Assembly: GCA_026770705.1 (NCBI GenBank) | Contig: JANJGN010000210.1 | Coordinates: forward strand, 372,001-436,000 | Length of the DNA stretch: 64,000 nt | DNA from: Isurus oxyrinchus | Taxonomy: Eukaryota | Direction of reading: 5' to 3' | Shown here: positions 24,674 to 38,169 of the stretch, piece after piece | Layout: the number at the start of each line of letters is the position of its first letter | Position numbering within the stretch: the first letter of the stretch is position 1 | The notes under the pieces: model-generated | Told to the model about the DNA's origin: nothing | The model's database searches: none | What the model saw: the letters and a program-made list of their open reading frames with translations, nothing else | Made by a program: the position numbers and the translations under genes

Positions 24674-26945
24674 ATGCACGGGCCAGCGAAAGGCATCTTC
24701 TTTGCGATTTTCTATCCCATTCTCGCAGTCATTGGTGCCCCTGGTAAATACGTTTTTTACTTTGCAATCTCCAGAAAGTTTTTCTGCTCCCTTTCAAGAT
24801 CGGACTTTTGATTATGTTGCATATTTATAGGAAAATCATTTATTCGATTGCTGAAATATGAATTGTAATGTATGGCTTTGCATGAACATTAACCTGTCAT
24901 ATTGTTGAACACTGGATCTTATTTTAAGGTAGTCGAATACAATCTATTGTTTTAAGTGTTTTGCGGAATAATACCATATCATAGTGTAGTAACATACATT
25001 TTCGTGCATTGTATCAGAAATCTAATATTAGATGAATTGTAATATAAAAATACATTTAGCAATTACACCAATGTACTTTTGGACCTGTGAAAGAATGTAA
25101 TAGTTACAGTACAGTGAGTTCTCACTGGACAGTCCCGATTGTTAATGTAATCTTAGCAATTAACTATGGAAATGTTTGAAAGAGGTTAGTGGAGATTAGA
25201 AATTGTTAATCGATTGTTGTGCTGGTCAGTTTGCACATTTTGAAGAATTATATGATTTAATCATCAGCGGGATGTGAGTGAAACCGGCAAGATCAACGTG
25301 TATTGCTCATTTTTATTTCTCATTTGAATGGTGGAGTTGCACTTGTTTCTTTAGTCACTGCAGTGCGTATGGTGGGAATGCTTCACAGCAGTCTGAACAA
25401 ATACAATTAATAGCAAACACCGGGAAGAGATATTTATACCAACGTTTGATCAAAATTCAAAGGAATGAGAAAAGGAGCCGTTGAGGGAGGGGATTAAAGA
25501 GATGAGGGCTCAGTAGCTACAGGCATAACTGCTACTCATGGAACAGTTAATTATAGGGTGACACAAGAGAGCAGGATAGAACGTAATCTGAGATCTCAGT
25601 TAGTTGTAGTTGTAGAGGGATTGGGAGAGGCGAGGAAATGGAATGATTCCAAAATTGGAAAGGGGTGGTTATTAAAGTGGAGATGTTGCCGTCTGAGACC
25701 CAACCTATGCCAGCGAGCACAGGCTTAATGGATGGACGGGTATTGCTTTGACAATGGCCATCAGCAGCACATGTTTTGGATGATCTTAATTTGGATAGCT
25801 AGGCCTTGGGATTTGCTCAGTGGCCAAAGAGCAGAATTTGTGGTGGGGCCCGATTGAAATGCCATCTGCATTGATAAGTGCTTGGTGCAGCATTGGATAC
25901 CGAACACTGACCAAAGGCTTTGGAATAGCTGGAGTCTGGGGATGGCAAAGGGGAGGATCAGGAGGGATCCAGTTACTGGGTGAATGAGGTAGTACCTGTT
26001 GTTTGGAGTCCCCTCAGTACCAACTCTCTCTTCTGATCTCTCACAGCCAACTTACTGGGGACCATAATATTATCCCGACAACAGTGCGGCCTCTCCCGGT
26101 GCATCACCTACTACCTGGTGGCGATAGCAGTGAGCGATTTCCTGGTCATCATCACCGCCGTCATCTTCAACCGGATCGGCCGCATCTACTTTCAGGACAG
26201 TGTCCTCTCTACCACTCCTGCATGCACACTCAGCAACCTGCTGGTCTTTGCCACCCGGGATAGCTCAGTCTGGCTGACTGTGGCCTTCACCAACGACCGT
26301 TTTGTGGCCATCTGCTGTCAGGGCCTGAAGGCCAGATACTGCACTGGGAAAACTGCGTTACTTGTTATAGGACTGGTCAGTGCCCTGAGCTGCGCCAGGA
26401 ACGTCCCTTTCTACTTCATCTACCAGCCCTTGTACATCTTGGACGGGGTGCCCTGGTTCTGCAGCATGAAGCCCATCTATTACGCCTCACTCGGCTGGCA
26501 GGCTTACGACTGGCTGGACCACATTTTAACCCCCTTTCTCCCTTTCTTCCTCATTCTACTGCTCAATGCCCTGACCGTAAGGCATATCTTAGCGGCCAGC
26601 AGAGCCCGCAGGAGGCTCCGGGGCACTGAGAGTCATGGAGATGTGGAGATCGCCAAACGCCAGAGGTCCATTGTCCTGCTTTTCACCATCTCGCTCAGCT
26701 TCCTCCTCCTGTGGGCCACCTATATCGGACATTTCCTCTACGTGCGGATCACTAGCGAGGGCTACCTCACCAGCCTGGACTTCAATGACCCCCGGTACAT
26801 CCTCCAGGAGACAGCCAACATGCTCCAGTTAGTCAGTTCCTGCAACAACGTTTTTATCTACGCGGTGACCCAGAATAAGTTCCGAGAGGAGCTGAAGAAG
26901 GTGCTGATGTCTCCCTTCACCGCAGTAACTGGTTGTTTTAAATAG
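24674..26945 (+). CDS. Class A GPCR, GPR139/GPR142-like; exons 24674-24743 and 26047-26945; 322 aa
   Basis: Exon 1 MHGPAKGIFFAIFYPILAVIGAP with donor gtaaat; exon 2 acceptor tcacag, ANLLGTIILSR..CGLSRCITYYLVAIAVSD; SVWLTVAFTNDRFVAIC; PFLPFFLILLLNALT; CNNVFIY; 70+899 nt is in frame. Confidence 0.9.
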
Positions 26946-27007
26946 GAAAAACACGGCAAAACGCCCATGCGTTGATTCACTTCCATCATAGTGGTTCTGT
27001 GTGTAGC

Positions 27008-27009
27008 AG

Positions 27010-27040
<31 letters not shown>

Positions 27041-27125
27041 CATGTCGTTCTCTCTCTCTCTATCTCTCTCTCTCTTTCTCTCTCTCTCTCGCACTTTCTA
27101 TCACTTACTCTTTCTCCCTCTCTTT
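27008..27125. repeat. (TC)n microsatellite
   Basis: Direct reading. Confidence 0.95.
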
Positions 27126-28029
27126 TTCCAGAACGAGGATGTCCTGGGCAGTAGCTCCCTTTCTTGAGAGATGTGAGGCCCATACCGCAGTGCCGACAGT
27201 GCCCCTGTGGCCCCCAATGAATACTGAGCTATCGCAGTTGCTGCTTTCCTGGTTCAGATACTAAACCACTGAGAGTATCTGCCCTCTCAGATGGAATCTC
27301 AATACCCCACGGTCGTAATTTGAAAAACTGAGAAGGCAAAGCTTTCCCCAGGTTCGTACAATAAGTTCCCATCATTTAACATCACGGAAACCAGCCACCT
27401 GATTTTTTATTCCCATTAATGTCTCTGTACCCATTTGCTGAAGGGTTTCCTGCATTGTTACGGGAAAATGATTAATTGGCAGCAAAGCACTTTGAGAAAC
27501 CCTGAGTTTATTTCTTTCTTTCTTCCTTCCTTTCTTTCCTCCTTTCTTTCCTCCTTTCTTTCCTCCTTTCTTTCCTCCTTTCTTTCCTCCTCTCTTCCAT
27601 TCATTCTCCTACTTCACTGAGACCCATTCTCCATGAGAGTGTGTTACTCAACACTGAAAACAAAGTATTTGATTGAATGGGGAGGTTTTTTTAGCAGTGA
27701 ATTGTGATCTGAATTGTGCTGCCTGAAAGGGAGCTGGACGCAAACTGAGTAGTAAATTTGAAAAGTTAATTTAATAAATACTAAGGCGACATTTCGTAAA
27801 GAGCAAGTAACTATAACTGAAGGTTTTCTCTTTCAGAGATCCGGCATACAGGCCGTGACCAACAGGTCTGTTCTTTTGCCTTATAGTTATAGACAGCGGT
27901 ATTAGCGACCCCAGGCCACCCGAACCGTCTTTCTCGGTGAATAAATTGCTTTCTGCGAAACGCTGAAGCAAATTTGTGCAGTGGCAGATCCCTAATCTCA
28001 TTCTCATCATTGAACAGCATCCATCTGTT

Positions 28030-28510
28030 CAGCGTTGTTTGGGATGAGAGGCTTATCTTTTGAAGGAATCTTGAATAGTTTGGATCGATAGCCAGTAAAT
28101 TTTCGAAGAATAAGAGGTGAAATTACTGAAGCATATTGGAGCCTGAGGGGGAGTTGACAGAGTGGATGCCTGGGGAATTATTCCACTTGTCTCTCCTGGG
28201 TGACACAGTTTTGGAATAAGAGGCCTACGGTTTAGACAGAGATGAGGAGATTTGTTTTTCTCTCAGAGGGTCGTTAGTGTGTGGAATTCACTTTCCCAGA
28301 AAGCAATGGAGGCTGGTCAATGAATTTATTCAAGGGTGCGTTAAATTGTGCTAATATCATGAGTTAGACAGATTTTTGATAGACAAAGGAGTCAAGAGGC
28401 AGACGAGAAAGTGGAGTTGAGACCTCAAGCAGATTAGCCATGAAGGTATCGAATAGTGCAAGAGGGTCTCAGGGGTGAATTGCCTACTCTTGCCTCTAAG
28501 TCTCATGGTC
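28030..28510 (+). mobile_element. CR1 3' fragment
   Basis: gagatgaggagatttgttttt...gtgtggaattcactttcccagaaagc CR1 3' region. Confidence 0.7.
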
Positions 28511-30149
28511 TTATATTTATATGTTTGGCGAGAGAGTGTGGATGGGTGTCGGAGGTCTGAAACACAGAATGACAATGCCATGGTCTGGTGTAATATAAAC
28601 AGCGACACGTGTGATAGAAGCGAAACAATTGTCTAGTGTAATTTGAACCGAGCCAAAATGTTTCTTCACCTAATCACAAAACAGGATCTAATCTCATGAA
28701 AGGTAATGTGATCTAATGTAATAGGGATGTGATCCAATAAATTGAAAGCAGAGACAGGAACTAATCTGATGTAAACATGGACAATTTCTACTTCATAGAA
28801 AACTGAGACAGGGGCTTGCATTATATAAACAGGGACACGCTCAGTTACAACAATAATTAAAAACGGACCTTGTGTGACTCAAACAATATAATTGCCTTGC
28901 ACAGTATTAAATAAGACAGTGTCTAGTGCGACATTACCAACAACATGCATTTGCAAACTGTCAGAGCGATGTGTTTTGTGCTTTGTACACAAATGTATTC
29001 TACATAAGAAATATGCAAGACCGCATTACGCTACACATGCTTATATGTATTACTTTCACACAGGCATGCGCATAGACACACACATACAGAATTGGTAGGA
29101 CACAATACCAGCATAAATTAATAAACTTTCACGCCACACATTTTGCGCCTAAGATATGCAACGTACGGTGCTGACAGTTAGTCCTGTCCTTCAATCCCGC
29201 TTCCCGCTCGGAGATTGTTACATGATCCACCCCAATTTTTCAACCAAATATCACGTCCTCAAGATCTCAGAAGGTGTTACGTCTGAAGTTGTTTCCGAGC
29301 ATAGTCGATAAGTAACACAGGAAATATTATTTACACATAGGTGTTCGGGAATGTGCAATTATTTGGCAGAAAGATTTGTCAATCTGAGTTTGATAAGATG
29401 GAATGCCGAGATTCAGGAAATTTCTGCAAAATTTTCAATTTGTGTCCAATAATAACAATGTCATTATTTCACAAGATTATTAACATACCATAGCATCTGT
29501 TTATGAATAATTGAGGAACTACTTTGGATGAAGAAATTGCTCGTCCTTTTGTTCGGGCCACCCGCTGCCATTGGACCGTTGAAATACAATGATTCCCAGA
29601 GCTCACTTTCTAACTCTCCTTTGATATAGCACCTGCAATTTATGCACAAGCTCTTGCCCGCAATGTACCATTGTATGGAGTGAAATGTCACGGAAGAAAG
29701 ATATTTCCTGTAATCTCCACCTGTGAAATTTGACACCAGTAAACAGACGATTCTGCAAGTTTTGGCTGAAGCTGAGCGCTATACCGGCGAAAAACGATGA
29801 CTCTTAATTTCTACCCCAATTTGGTGCATAATTTTGCTGAATTATTATTGTGTCAGTTTATTATGAATGTTATTATTTTAATTTTATTTTTACTATAGCT
29901 GACCACTTAAGTGTTTTCTATTTGCTACAGTTGCTTTGTTGCATCAACTGTCAGATTATTTCTCTAAGTTCCCGTGTGTGCCCAATCCATTAATACATGC
30001 TCATTTGCATTGAGATTAATAATTCCACCATTCATGAGGTTGGATTGAAATTTCGTATAAATTAAGTCTTCCCACCTCACTAATCATCAAAGGCGGCACG
30101 CATCAAAACTGGATAGGGCCATGAATCAAGTGTGATGATTATTCACCTA

Positions 30150-30477
30150 TCTGTGTGTGTGTGAATGTGAATGTGTGTGAATGTGTGTGTGTGTGAATGT
30201 GAGTATGAATGTGTGTGAGTGTAAATGTGTGTTCGCATGTGTGTGTGTGAATGTGTGTGTGTGTGAATGTGTGTGTGAATGTGAGTGTGTGAGTATGAAT
30301 GTGTGTGAGTGTGAATGTGTGTGAGTGTGAATTTGTGTGAGTGTGTGAATGTGTGTCCGTGTGAATGTGTGTGTGAGTGTGTGTGAATGTGTGTGAATGT
30401 GAATGTGTGAGTGTGAATGTGTGTGAGTGTGTGAGTGTGAATGTGTGTGAGTGTGAATTTGTGTGAGTGTGTGAATG
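30150..30477. repeat. Complex (GT)n/(GTGAAT)n microsatellite adjoining the gap
   Basis: Direct reading; source of the spurious His/Thr ORFs. Confidence 0.95.
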
Positions 30478-30671
30478 NNNNNNNNNNNNNNNNNNNNNNN
30501 NNNNNNNNNNNNNNNNNNNNNNNNNNNNNNNNNNNNNNNNNNNNNNNNNNNNNNNNNNNNNNNNNNNNNNNNNNNNNNNNNNNNNNNNNNNNNNNNNNNN
30601 NNNNNNNNNNNNNNNNNNNNNNNNNNNNNNNNNNNNNNNNNNNNNNNNNNNNNNNNNNNNNNNNNNNNNNN
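30478..30671. other. Assembly gap (194 N)
   Basis: Run of n. Confidence 1.
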
Positions 30672-31130
30672 AATCAGGGGCATCATTGGTTACTAACCAA
30701 GAAATGCTCCTTCTACACACCCTATCAAACACTGTCAGGACAGATGCCGCGCAAAACATATCTCCTTCACTGTCACTCCTATCCAGAGTCAATACTGCAC
30801 GGGTTAAATACACAAACAATCCCAGACAGATAGAACAGGGATGAACTTTCGGGTGAATCTCCCTCTACACTGTGCCAACAAAGGCTCCTCATGCAGTTAC
30901 AACACGAATGAATGCAGAGAGATTCTGCTTCAATGAGCGCCGACTATGCAAGAAGTTGTGAAAGGAATCAACTTTTAACTTCTAAATAAACGGAAAAAAT
31001 ATTTTGTTCTCTCAGATTACACAGATAGTGTAATTTGCACTTCTAAATCACATTTCTAAAGACAGTTACTTGTGTGCTTCTCACTTCTGAAGCCCGTGGC
31101 TTGTTGCCTCCTCAGTCGCTGTGCCCAGTA

Positions 31131-31410
31131 AGTTCTCATATATGCTCCTGATCTCTTCGTTTCACGGTATCTCACCGCTCTGTTACACAATGCCGTGTCT
31201 GACAGCTGAACAGTATTAACAGTGAGAGCGGTGGATCGTTTCTCACGGTCCACAGGTACTTCAAAACTTCCCTCAACTCTTTCATCTCTGTATGTGCAAA
31301 CAAAATACTCGGGAGCTTATTTGGAGAGCTGGCAATACCAGGATATGAGTTCTGGTCCGAACGTTCTCTGATACATCGATATCTGAAATGCCTCTGAGTG
31401 ACAACAGCAG
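31131..31410 (-). pseudogene. TCR V pseudogene (inverted orientation)
   Basis: Minus strand SWYCQLSK*APEYFV...VDREKRSTALTVNTVQLSDTALCNRAVR; degenerate heptamer taccgtg (31163-31169), 23-nt spacer, degenerate nonamer. Confidence 0.7.
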
Positions 31411-31496
31411 CTGCCAAAACAAGACTGACATTAAAATAATGACAATGCAAGCAGGATTAAATAAAGTGCTTGCAAATATCAGCAATAAAAACGGAC

Positions 31497-31524
31497 CTAT
31501 CTATCTATCTATCTATCTATCTAA

Positions 31525-31582
<58 letters not shown>
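31497..31582. repeat. (TCTA)n microsatellite
   Basis: Direct reading. Confidence 0.95.
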
Positions 31583-31584
<2 letters not shown>

Positions 31585-33324
31585 TTATCCGCCTGCCTGT
31601 CTGCCCGTCTGTCTGTCTGTCTTCTTGTTTATCTATTTTCGTTCGCATCTCTATCTATCTAGGTACCTGAGAGCCAGAGTTAGTTTTCTGTCTATCTCTT
31701 TATGTTGCATGTCGAACAACCAAACATACAGAACTTTACGGACTATGATTCTATACTCTGTATCTGTAATACCAGCAACAGGATGTTAAAAATTTCTCCA
31801 GATGAAAGTTTAAACATGGGCAAGTAACATTTCTGAATATCACCAGCATTTCTAAAGGCCCTGGGTTGGGGAAAGGTTAACGGAGCAGCAGACACACGAC
31901 AGTGAGTAACCATATTGTACAACTGAATCCGTCTTTGTCTCAATATGCCCTTATGGCACAGTGATAACCTCTGACGCCTTGGGCCGCAGTGTTACCAATA
32001 GACTATTGGAATTCTTCACTCTGTCAAAGGGCAGTGTGTAGCGTCCTTTGGTCACATTCCCCAGGTAAATGGGAGCGATAAATTTCGGAGCCCCTGTCAG
32101 TATTTGTCCAAGGCTCAGGAGTATCCAAAATCAACCGAGCGCCAACAGTCCACTTCAACCCATTCTCCTTCTTTGTGGGGGTTTCTGCTCATGATGATGA
32201 AGATGGACAAAAGGCGGATCAATCAGGGTCTGACTTACAGGCTGGGCCTTGCTGCTAACTCCAGGACTCCCAATGGTGGGGAGGAGGAGGAGAGGGGAGA
32301 AACTGATGAGCGACACTATCACCGATTGGCCTGTTCTGGGATGTCGTTATCTGACATAATTCACTGTGCTGACTGATTGGTGGTTTCTCAAACTGGAGAC
32401 CACTTAATTTGTCACAGCTCTTGAATTTCTTTGCTTCCGGTGTATCAACTTGTTAAATTGTCTCATAAGGTATCTCCTCCATTGTCTTTCTAACCGAAAA
32501 GAGCCATTCGTCATCTTAGACTCATAGAGTTTTAGAGCACAAAGAGGGGCAATTAGGCCCACTACCTACGTGCTGACTCTCTGAAAGAGTTATCCATTTA
32601 TTCTTAATTACCTGTCTGGGGTCTGAATATTTTGTATTTTTAAATTTTCCTTTAATGGACAAATAGTTATCCACTTGCCTTTCAAAATTACTTATAGATT
32701 CTGCCTCCATCACTGTTCCCCATGGACAACCATATCCTCTAATAGTTCACTGCTCAAAATACAAAAGGAATTGACCCCCGTCCATTATAATAGACATAAC
32801 CTGAAACGACGCCATCCAGTTACCCATTGAGCGACCAGTCGGATTCACTCTGTTTCATTTCAACATTTTAAATCCTCCCTTGATTGGCCATAAGTCTGTC
32901 AGACCGCTCCTTAATATTCCCTCCCCTGATGAAAAGTTGCTCAATTATTTGTATTATCGTCTCTCATCCCCCACTGTACCTTCCTCAGCCTGTCCTACTT
33001 GAGGGTTAACACCAAACCAAGGAAGAATCTTAAAACTGGTAAAAATGGTTGAATTGTGTTAACAATGATGCATGCAACTTTATCCTTGTCCCTCAGTGTT
33101 ATAGAATCCACGTGTCTGTTTATAACTTCGGATTATTTGGTTATTTAAGACAATCGGCAGCTTATTCCCCATTTTCAGCATCTGAATCCTGAATTCTTTC
33201 TCCCCATTTCTCGGTCAGATTAATATTTACCTCTTTGCTCCTTCTGCCCGCTTTACCTTTTATTATGAGACAAACAGACACGGAAATTTTTAGTAGTACT
33301 TGAACCATTAGGTCATTTTATTAT

Positions 33325-33605
33325 TATTTGGATGTGGGCGTCGCTGGCTGGGCCAGCATTTATTGTTCAAGGGCCATTTAAGAGTCAACCACATTGCTGT
33401 AGATCTGAAGTCACATGAAGGATTTCATTCCCTAAAGGAACCAAATGGGTTTTTACAACATTCGGCAATAGTTCCATGCTTTTAATTCCATATTTTTATT
33501 GAATTCAAATTCCACCATCTGTCATGCTGGGATTAGAACCCGGGTTCCCAGAGCGTTACTCTGGGTTTCTGGATTACTCGTCCAGCAACAATTACACTAT
33601 CCCTC
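33325..33605 (-). mobile_element. Shark tRNA-derived SINE (HE1-like)
   Basis: gatgtgggcgtcgctggc...gggattagaacccggg...ctggattactcgtccag; related copies at 36295 and 51235. Confidence 0.6.
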
Positions 33606-33779
33606 CCCATCAAGACCCATATGGGTAGAGTATACAGTAGAGAAGTGAAGAACACCAATGCAATGCTTAGCATTAAGCTAACAATGGCACAAATCAGAGG
33701 AAGTCCTGAATGAAACGTGGAAAGCTGTAAACTCTTTTGAATCAACAAAATAAAGTAAATAAACAAAATTGTGGACATT

Positions 33780-35970
33780 TTTTAAAAGTAGCCCCTTAAA
33801 GGGAAATTGCAAAAACAAAGACAAAATTTAAAGGAAATTTACAAACATTAAACCAAAATGTGATTAAGATTTCAATCAAACACCCCAGTCGCTGCAGTGC
33901 CCACCGAGCATGGAAGGCCTCGACGGTGCCAGCAGACTCCAAGCACTCACTCTCCAGGGGCACCCGGCGCAAACATAACAGTGAAAAACAGGCAAACTCT
34001 CGGGTCGGAGGACTCCCACGATTGACCGCTGCCTGGAGCTGCTAATGATCAACTGGGCCAGGCCCAGGGGCAGGTCCATGAAGTGGTCCTCCTTCCTCCC
34101 GTCTCCTCTCCAGCCGGGTGCCCATAGATCAGGAGTGTGGGACAGAAGTGCAAACAAAATAAAAGCAAAAAGATTTCAAGTAACTAAAAAGGGCGTCCAA
34201 CCCACAACAGCTCACATATGCATGGTCCACGGACTCCACAAGGCTGCAAAATGCACAGGCACCTTGGGAGTCCATGAACCGACTCATCCTCTGGTTCTAT
34301 GGGACTCCTGCAGACAACACCCGCTATCCCAGGTCCCCAGTGGAAAATGGGAGGGTACCCACTGGGGACCACCACCATCAGACGGCAACAGGTGGCGGAC
34401 GAGGGGCAAGGAACCAAAAGGTGTGCAGCAGAAGCCCATGCAGGATACCCCTCCATGTCATGCTAAAGGACACGGGGGTCATTTCCGTGAGGTGACTTAG
34501 GTTGCGGGGCGGGGGCTCCTGAGGGAGATTTCGAGGCTTGGGGCCAATGTGGAATTCCGTTCGAACAGGGGTACACTCAGGCGGAAGACAACTGTGCAAC
34601 TGCGCCACCTCTAGACCCAGAACAACGTCATGGCCGAACACAACCATCATCAGGCTTTGGATGGCATTGGCTGTGAGCTGGATGTCCACCGACGCACGAT
34701 GCACCAAATCCTGCGGCAGCATCCAGTCCACTCCTCCACACCCAGCACACCCCCGATCCTGGTCACCCCAGCATCCACTGCCCTCCTCACTACCAGGCTC
34801 TGAAAAAGGCGGAAGTGCAGATTCCTGAACAAAGGCTCTCTCACGATAGTTGCGACTACCTCCTGACCGCAGAAAGCTGCGTAGCACGGAGACCATGTTC
34901 CAGACGTTGATCAAGTCCTGATAAAAGACGGGCAACACCTGCTAGAAGCCACGAAGGCCGCGCCGGCCTACAAACAGGGGCTACCCGTCATAACTCAGGC
35001 CATGCACCTGGCGGAAGAAATACGTTGACAGGGAACACCATCTTGGAGGGGGCTCGAACTAAAGGTATTGATGCAGGTCCCGAAGGCAGAAAGTCACCAC
35101 CTTGGTGCGTCACTAGCGCCTGCCCACCCTTCATAAGTGGGAGGCTCAGAAACTCCACAGTGAACCAGTGCAGCCTTTCATCCCAGAAGGGGTTGTCTAG
35201 TGATCTCTGGACTTCTGAGACAAAATTCGGGGGAGGGGTCAAAGCGCCCAGCCGGTACCACAACATGGTGGCAATCAGCTGGTTTATGACCAGAACTCGA
35301 CCCCGGTAAGACAGCACTCAGAGCTGCCCTGTCCAGCACCACAGGCTAGTGGCGATTTTGGCCTCCAGTTCCTGCCAGTTCGCCAGCCTGGATTCCTCAG
35401 GAGGGCAGAGGTGGACCCCCAGGTAGAGGAGGCTGGTCCCGCTCCAGGTGAAGGGCCTGGGTTCCTCGGGTAGGGGTTCCAACTGCCGACCAGGGGCCCA
35501 GGACACTTGTCCAAGCTGATCCTGGCAGAGGACGCGGCAAAGCAGACCTCCTGGCACTTGCACATCCTCCGCAGGTCAGCCGGCTCAGTGAACATGAGCA
35601 GCAAGTCATCAGTATAAGCCGATAGGACCACCCCAATGGCCGGCCCACGCAGAACCAATCATGACAACCTCCTCCACAGGAGGTGCAGTAAAGGATCCAC
35701 GCAGATAGAATACAATTGGCCAGGTAGGGAGCGGCCCTGGCGCACTCCTCTTTCTGAGCGAAGGGGCGCTGTCAGGGACCCGTTAACCTTTACTAGACAC
35801 TCTGCGCCAGCATACATAAGTCGGATCCGAGCGACGAAATTCGTCCCGCACACGAATGCTCGCAGAGTCCCGAATAAATAACCGTGATCCACGCTGTCAA
35901 ATATCTCCTAGTCAAGAGGCAGGAAGGCGCGCGACAGACCAGTCCTCTGGGAAAACCGGATGATACCTCC
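33780..35970 (-). mobile_element. Tx1/L1-clade LINE ORF2 fragment (frameshifted RT and C-terminus)
   Basis: DHGYLFGTLRAF, RGVRQG, LSAYTDD, LSYRGRVLVINQL, LPVFYQDL motifs across several minus-strand ORFs; GC-rich relative to flanks. Confidence 0.85.
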
Positions 35971-37868
35971 AGACCAGTAAACTAGTCCAAGTGTTTGAAC
36001 TGTGTTCTAACCAACGGCATGTGCAGCTTTATTCTTGTCTCTAGGCACTCTACAATCCACGTGTCTGTTTATAACCTCGGATTATTTTATTATTTAAAGC
36101 AATCAGCAGATTGTTCCTCACTCTCAGCATCCGAATCCTGAATTCTTTCTCCCTCTTTCTCGTTTCAGTTAATATTTACTTCTTTGTCCCTTCCACACTC
36201 CATCTGCCTTACTTTTTTAAGTATGAGGCAAACAGACACGGAAATTTTTGGCGGTAATTTAGACAGTTAACTCGTTTTTCAAATTCATTCCATGGGATGT
36301 GGGCGTCGCTGGCTAGGCTAGCATTTATTGCCCAAGCCTAATTGCCCTTTTTCAAAGGGCATTTAAGATTCAATCACATTGCAGTGGATCTGCAGTCACA
36401 TGTAGGCCAGGCCAGGGAAGGACGGCAGATTTCTTCCCCTAAAAGATATTTTTCCTTCTGACGATTATCAATTGTCTTTTCTGTCCTGTGTCTGTAGGAA
36501 TAAACCCAACGGGCTGGATGCGCCACCTACTGGTGCATTCGGGTAAATTTGGTTTGTCGAATCTGTCAAACTGGTTTTCACTTTCTGAAATGTTCTATTT
36601 TTCAATTTATTTTACTTGTGCGTGGCTAATTGCTGCGTGGAGCAATGAGATGAACACGGTTACAAATATTGTAGACATTGCATTTTTGTTTATTTGATTT
36701 GAAGTGAGAGTAAATGATGAAAAAGTGATGTTTAATTAGACAACCAAAAACATACATTCTCGGAATTTGGGCGTCATTGGTAATTCTGGTCCTTATTGTC
36801 CATCTGTAAGTGAATCTTGCAACATCTGTTCTTCCCGCCTTGACGCTTTAATACTGTCGCCCGCCATGTTTGGTGCGTACAATTAAAATCATGCCATATG
36901 TGGGCAGAGAATTCAGTCGAGGAGTGAACAACACCAATGGGATCCTTCTCATTGAGCCAACAAGGGCACAAGTCAGAGGAAGGCCTGAATGACTCGTAGA
37001 GAGGTGTAGTCAGACCATACTCTATTATCATTGCTTTGAATTCTCGCCGCCAAGTAAGAATGGGGTCATTAAAGATTGGCGGCAGTGCAGCGGTAATACA
37101 GGAGGCTAATTTTTCAGTTTGAACGGTTTTAGATGAGAGGGAAAGCGAAAACAGTGCTTTCCGACTGTTACCAACTGATTGTTGGTCGCACAGAAAGTGA
37201 ACGCCGGTTGAACAGGTCTTCGCTCTAAATTACAGTGTCCAAAACCAGGGAATGTCCTGCGCAATAATTAGGGGGAATTGTAACTCTTTCGAGTACAAAC
37301 CCGTTTCCATCTGTTTATTCAGATGAAGTTACATTGTTTCATATTTTACCATTGTGAGATTTGAACTCTTGATAATCTTTTAAATGAAAACCAAATCAAC
37401 AAAATCGGGACAATTGAACTCTTGATCTTGGGTTTACAAACACAGTAACATAACCACTTGGCTATTTAGGCCAAGCTAGGGGGAATTGTAGGGGCGGTGG
37501 GATGGCTGGAAGGACAAATTAAGATGGGACAAACGGCTTCGACATTCGTCAGTACCTTATGACTTTGAAAGTGGTCTGCGCAGTGAAAACATGAAAATGA
37601 CGAATGAGCTTCTCGTGATGATGTGAGGTAAACTGCGGTTCCACGGTTTCTGCAACTTGATTAATGTAAAACAAAAAGACAACTCTTGTGTGATGATTTA
37701 CTGTGGCTTTCTCTCTGTGTACCCTTGTGTGCAAATGTATGTTTAACTGTCTGCATCTGTTCGGATTTCCAATGTTGTAGTTGAGGCTCGTGTTGACCAG
37801 CAGAAGGCGCTCCCTGGTCTCTGGAACTTGTGATCGCAAAGTGAAGATGCGAGGGAGCTTAAGCATTG

Positions 37869-37981
37869 ATTGGGCGTGGAGACGGTAATGCGCTTGCGTC
37901 AGATCATTTGCATTGTGACGTCAGCATGTTAACGTGTATAATGTCAGCCTATTGTATCCGTGACGTCACTGTGTGACGTCA
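37869..37981. promoter_or_regulatory. Cluster of CCAAT/GC-like, octamer and three CRE motifs
   Basis: attgggcgtgg 37869; atttgcat 37906-37913; tgacgtca at 37916, 37961 and 37974. Confidence 0.5.
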
Positions 37982-38169
37982 GTCGGCCTGGTTTGAAAGT
38001 TATTTGTGCTTCCTCCGAGAAGACAGGGGACTAAAATAATTGTTAAAGCTTTAAATCTTATATAAATATGCAAAGAAGAAAAAACGATTAGTGAAGACAA
38101 ATGTAGGTCTTTTACTGTCCGAAATGGGAGAATTTAGAATAGAAAACAAGGAAATGGCAGAGCTATTTA

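Noticed and set aside
30139-30844. His/Thr-rich long ORFs
   Set aside because: Artefacts of the GT microsatellite and the N gap.
37610-37710. C/D-box snoRNA (tgatga motifs)
   Set aside because: No matching CTGA D box or terminal stem identified.
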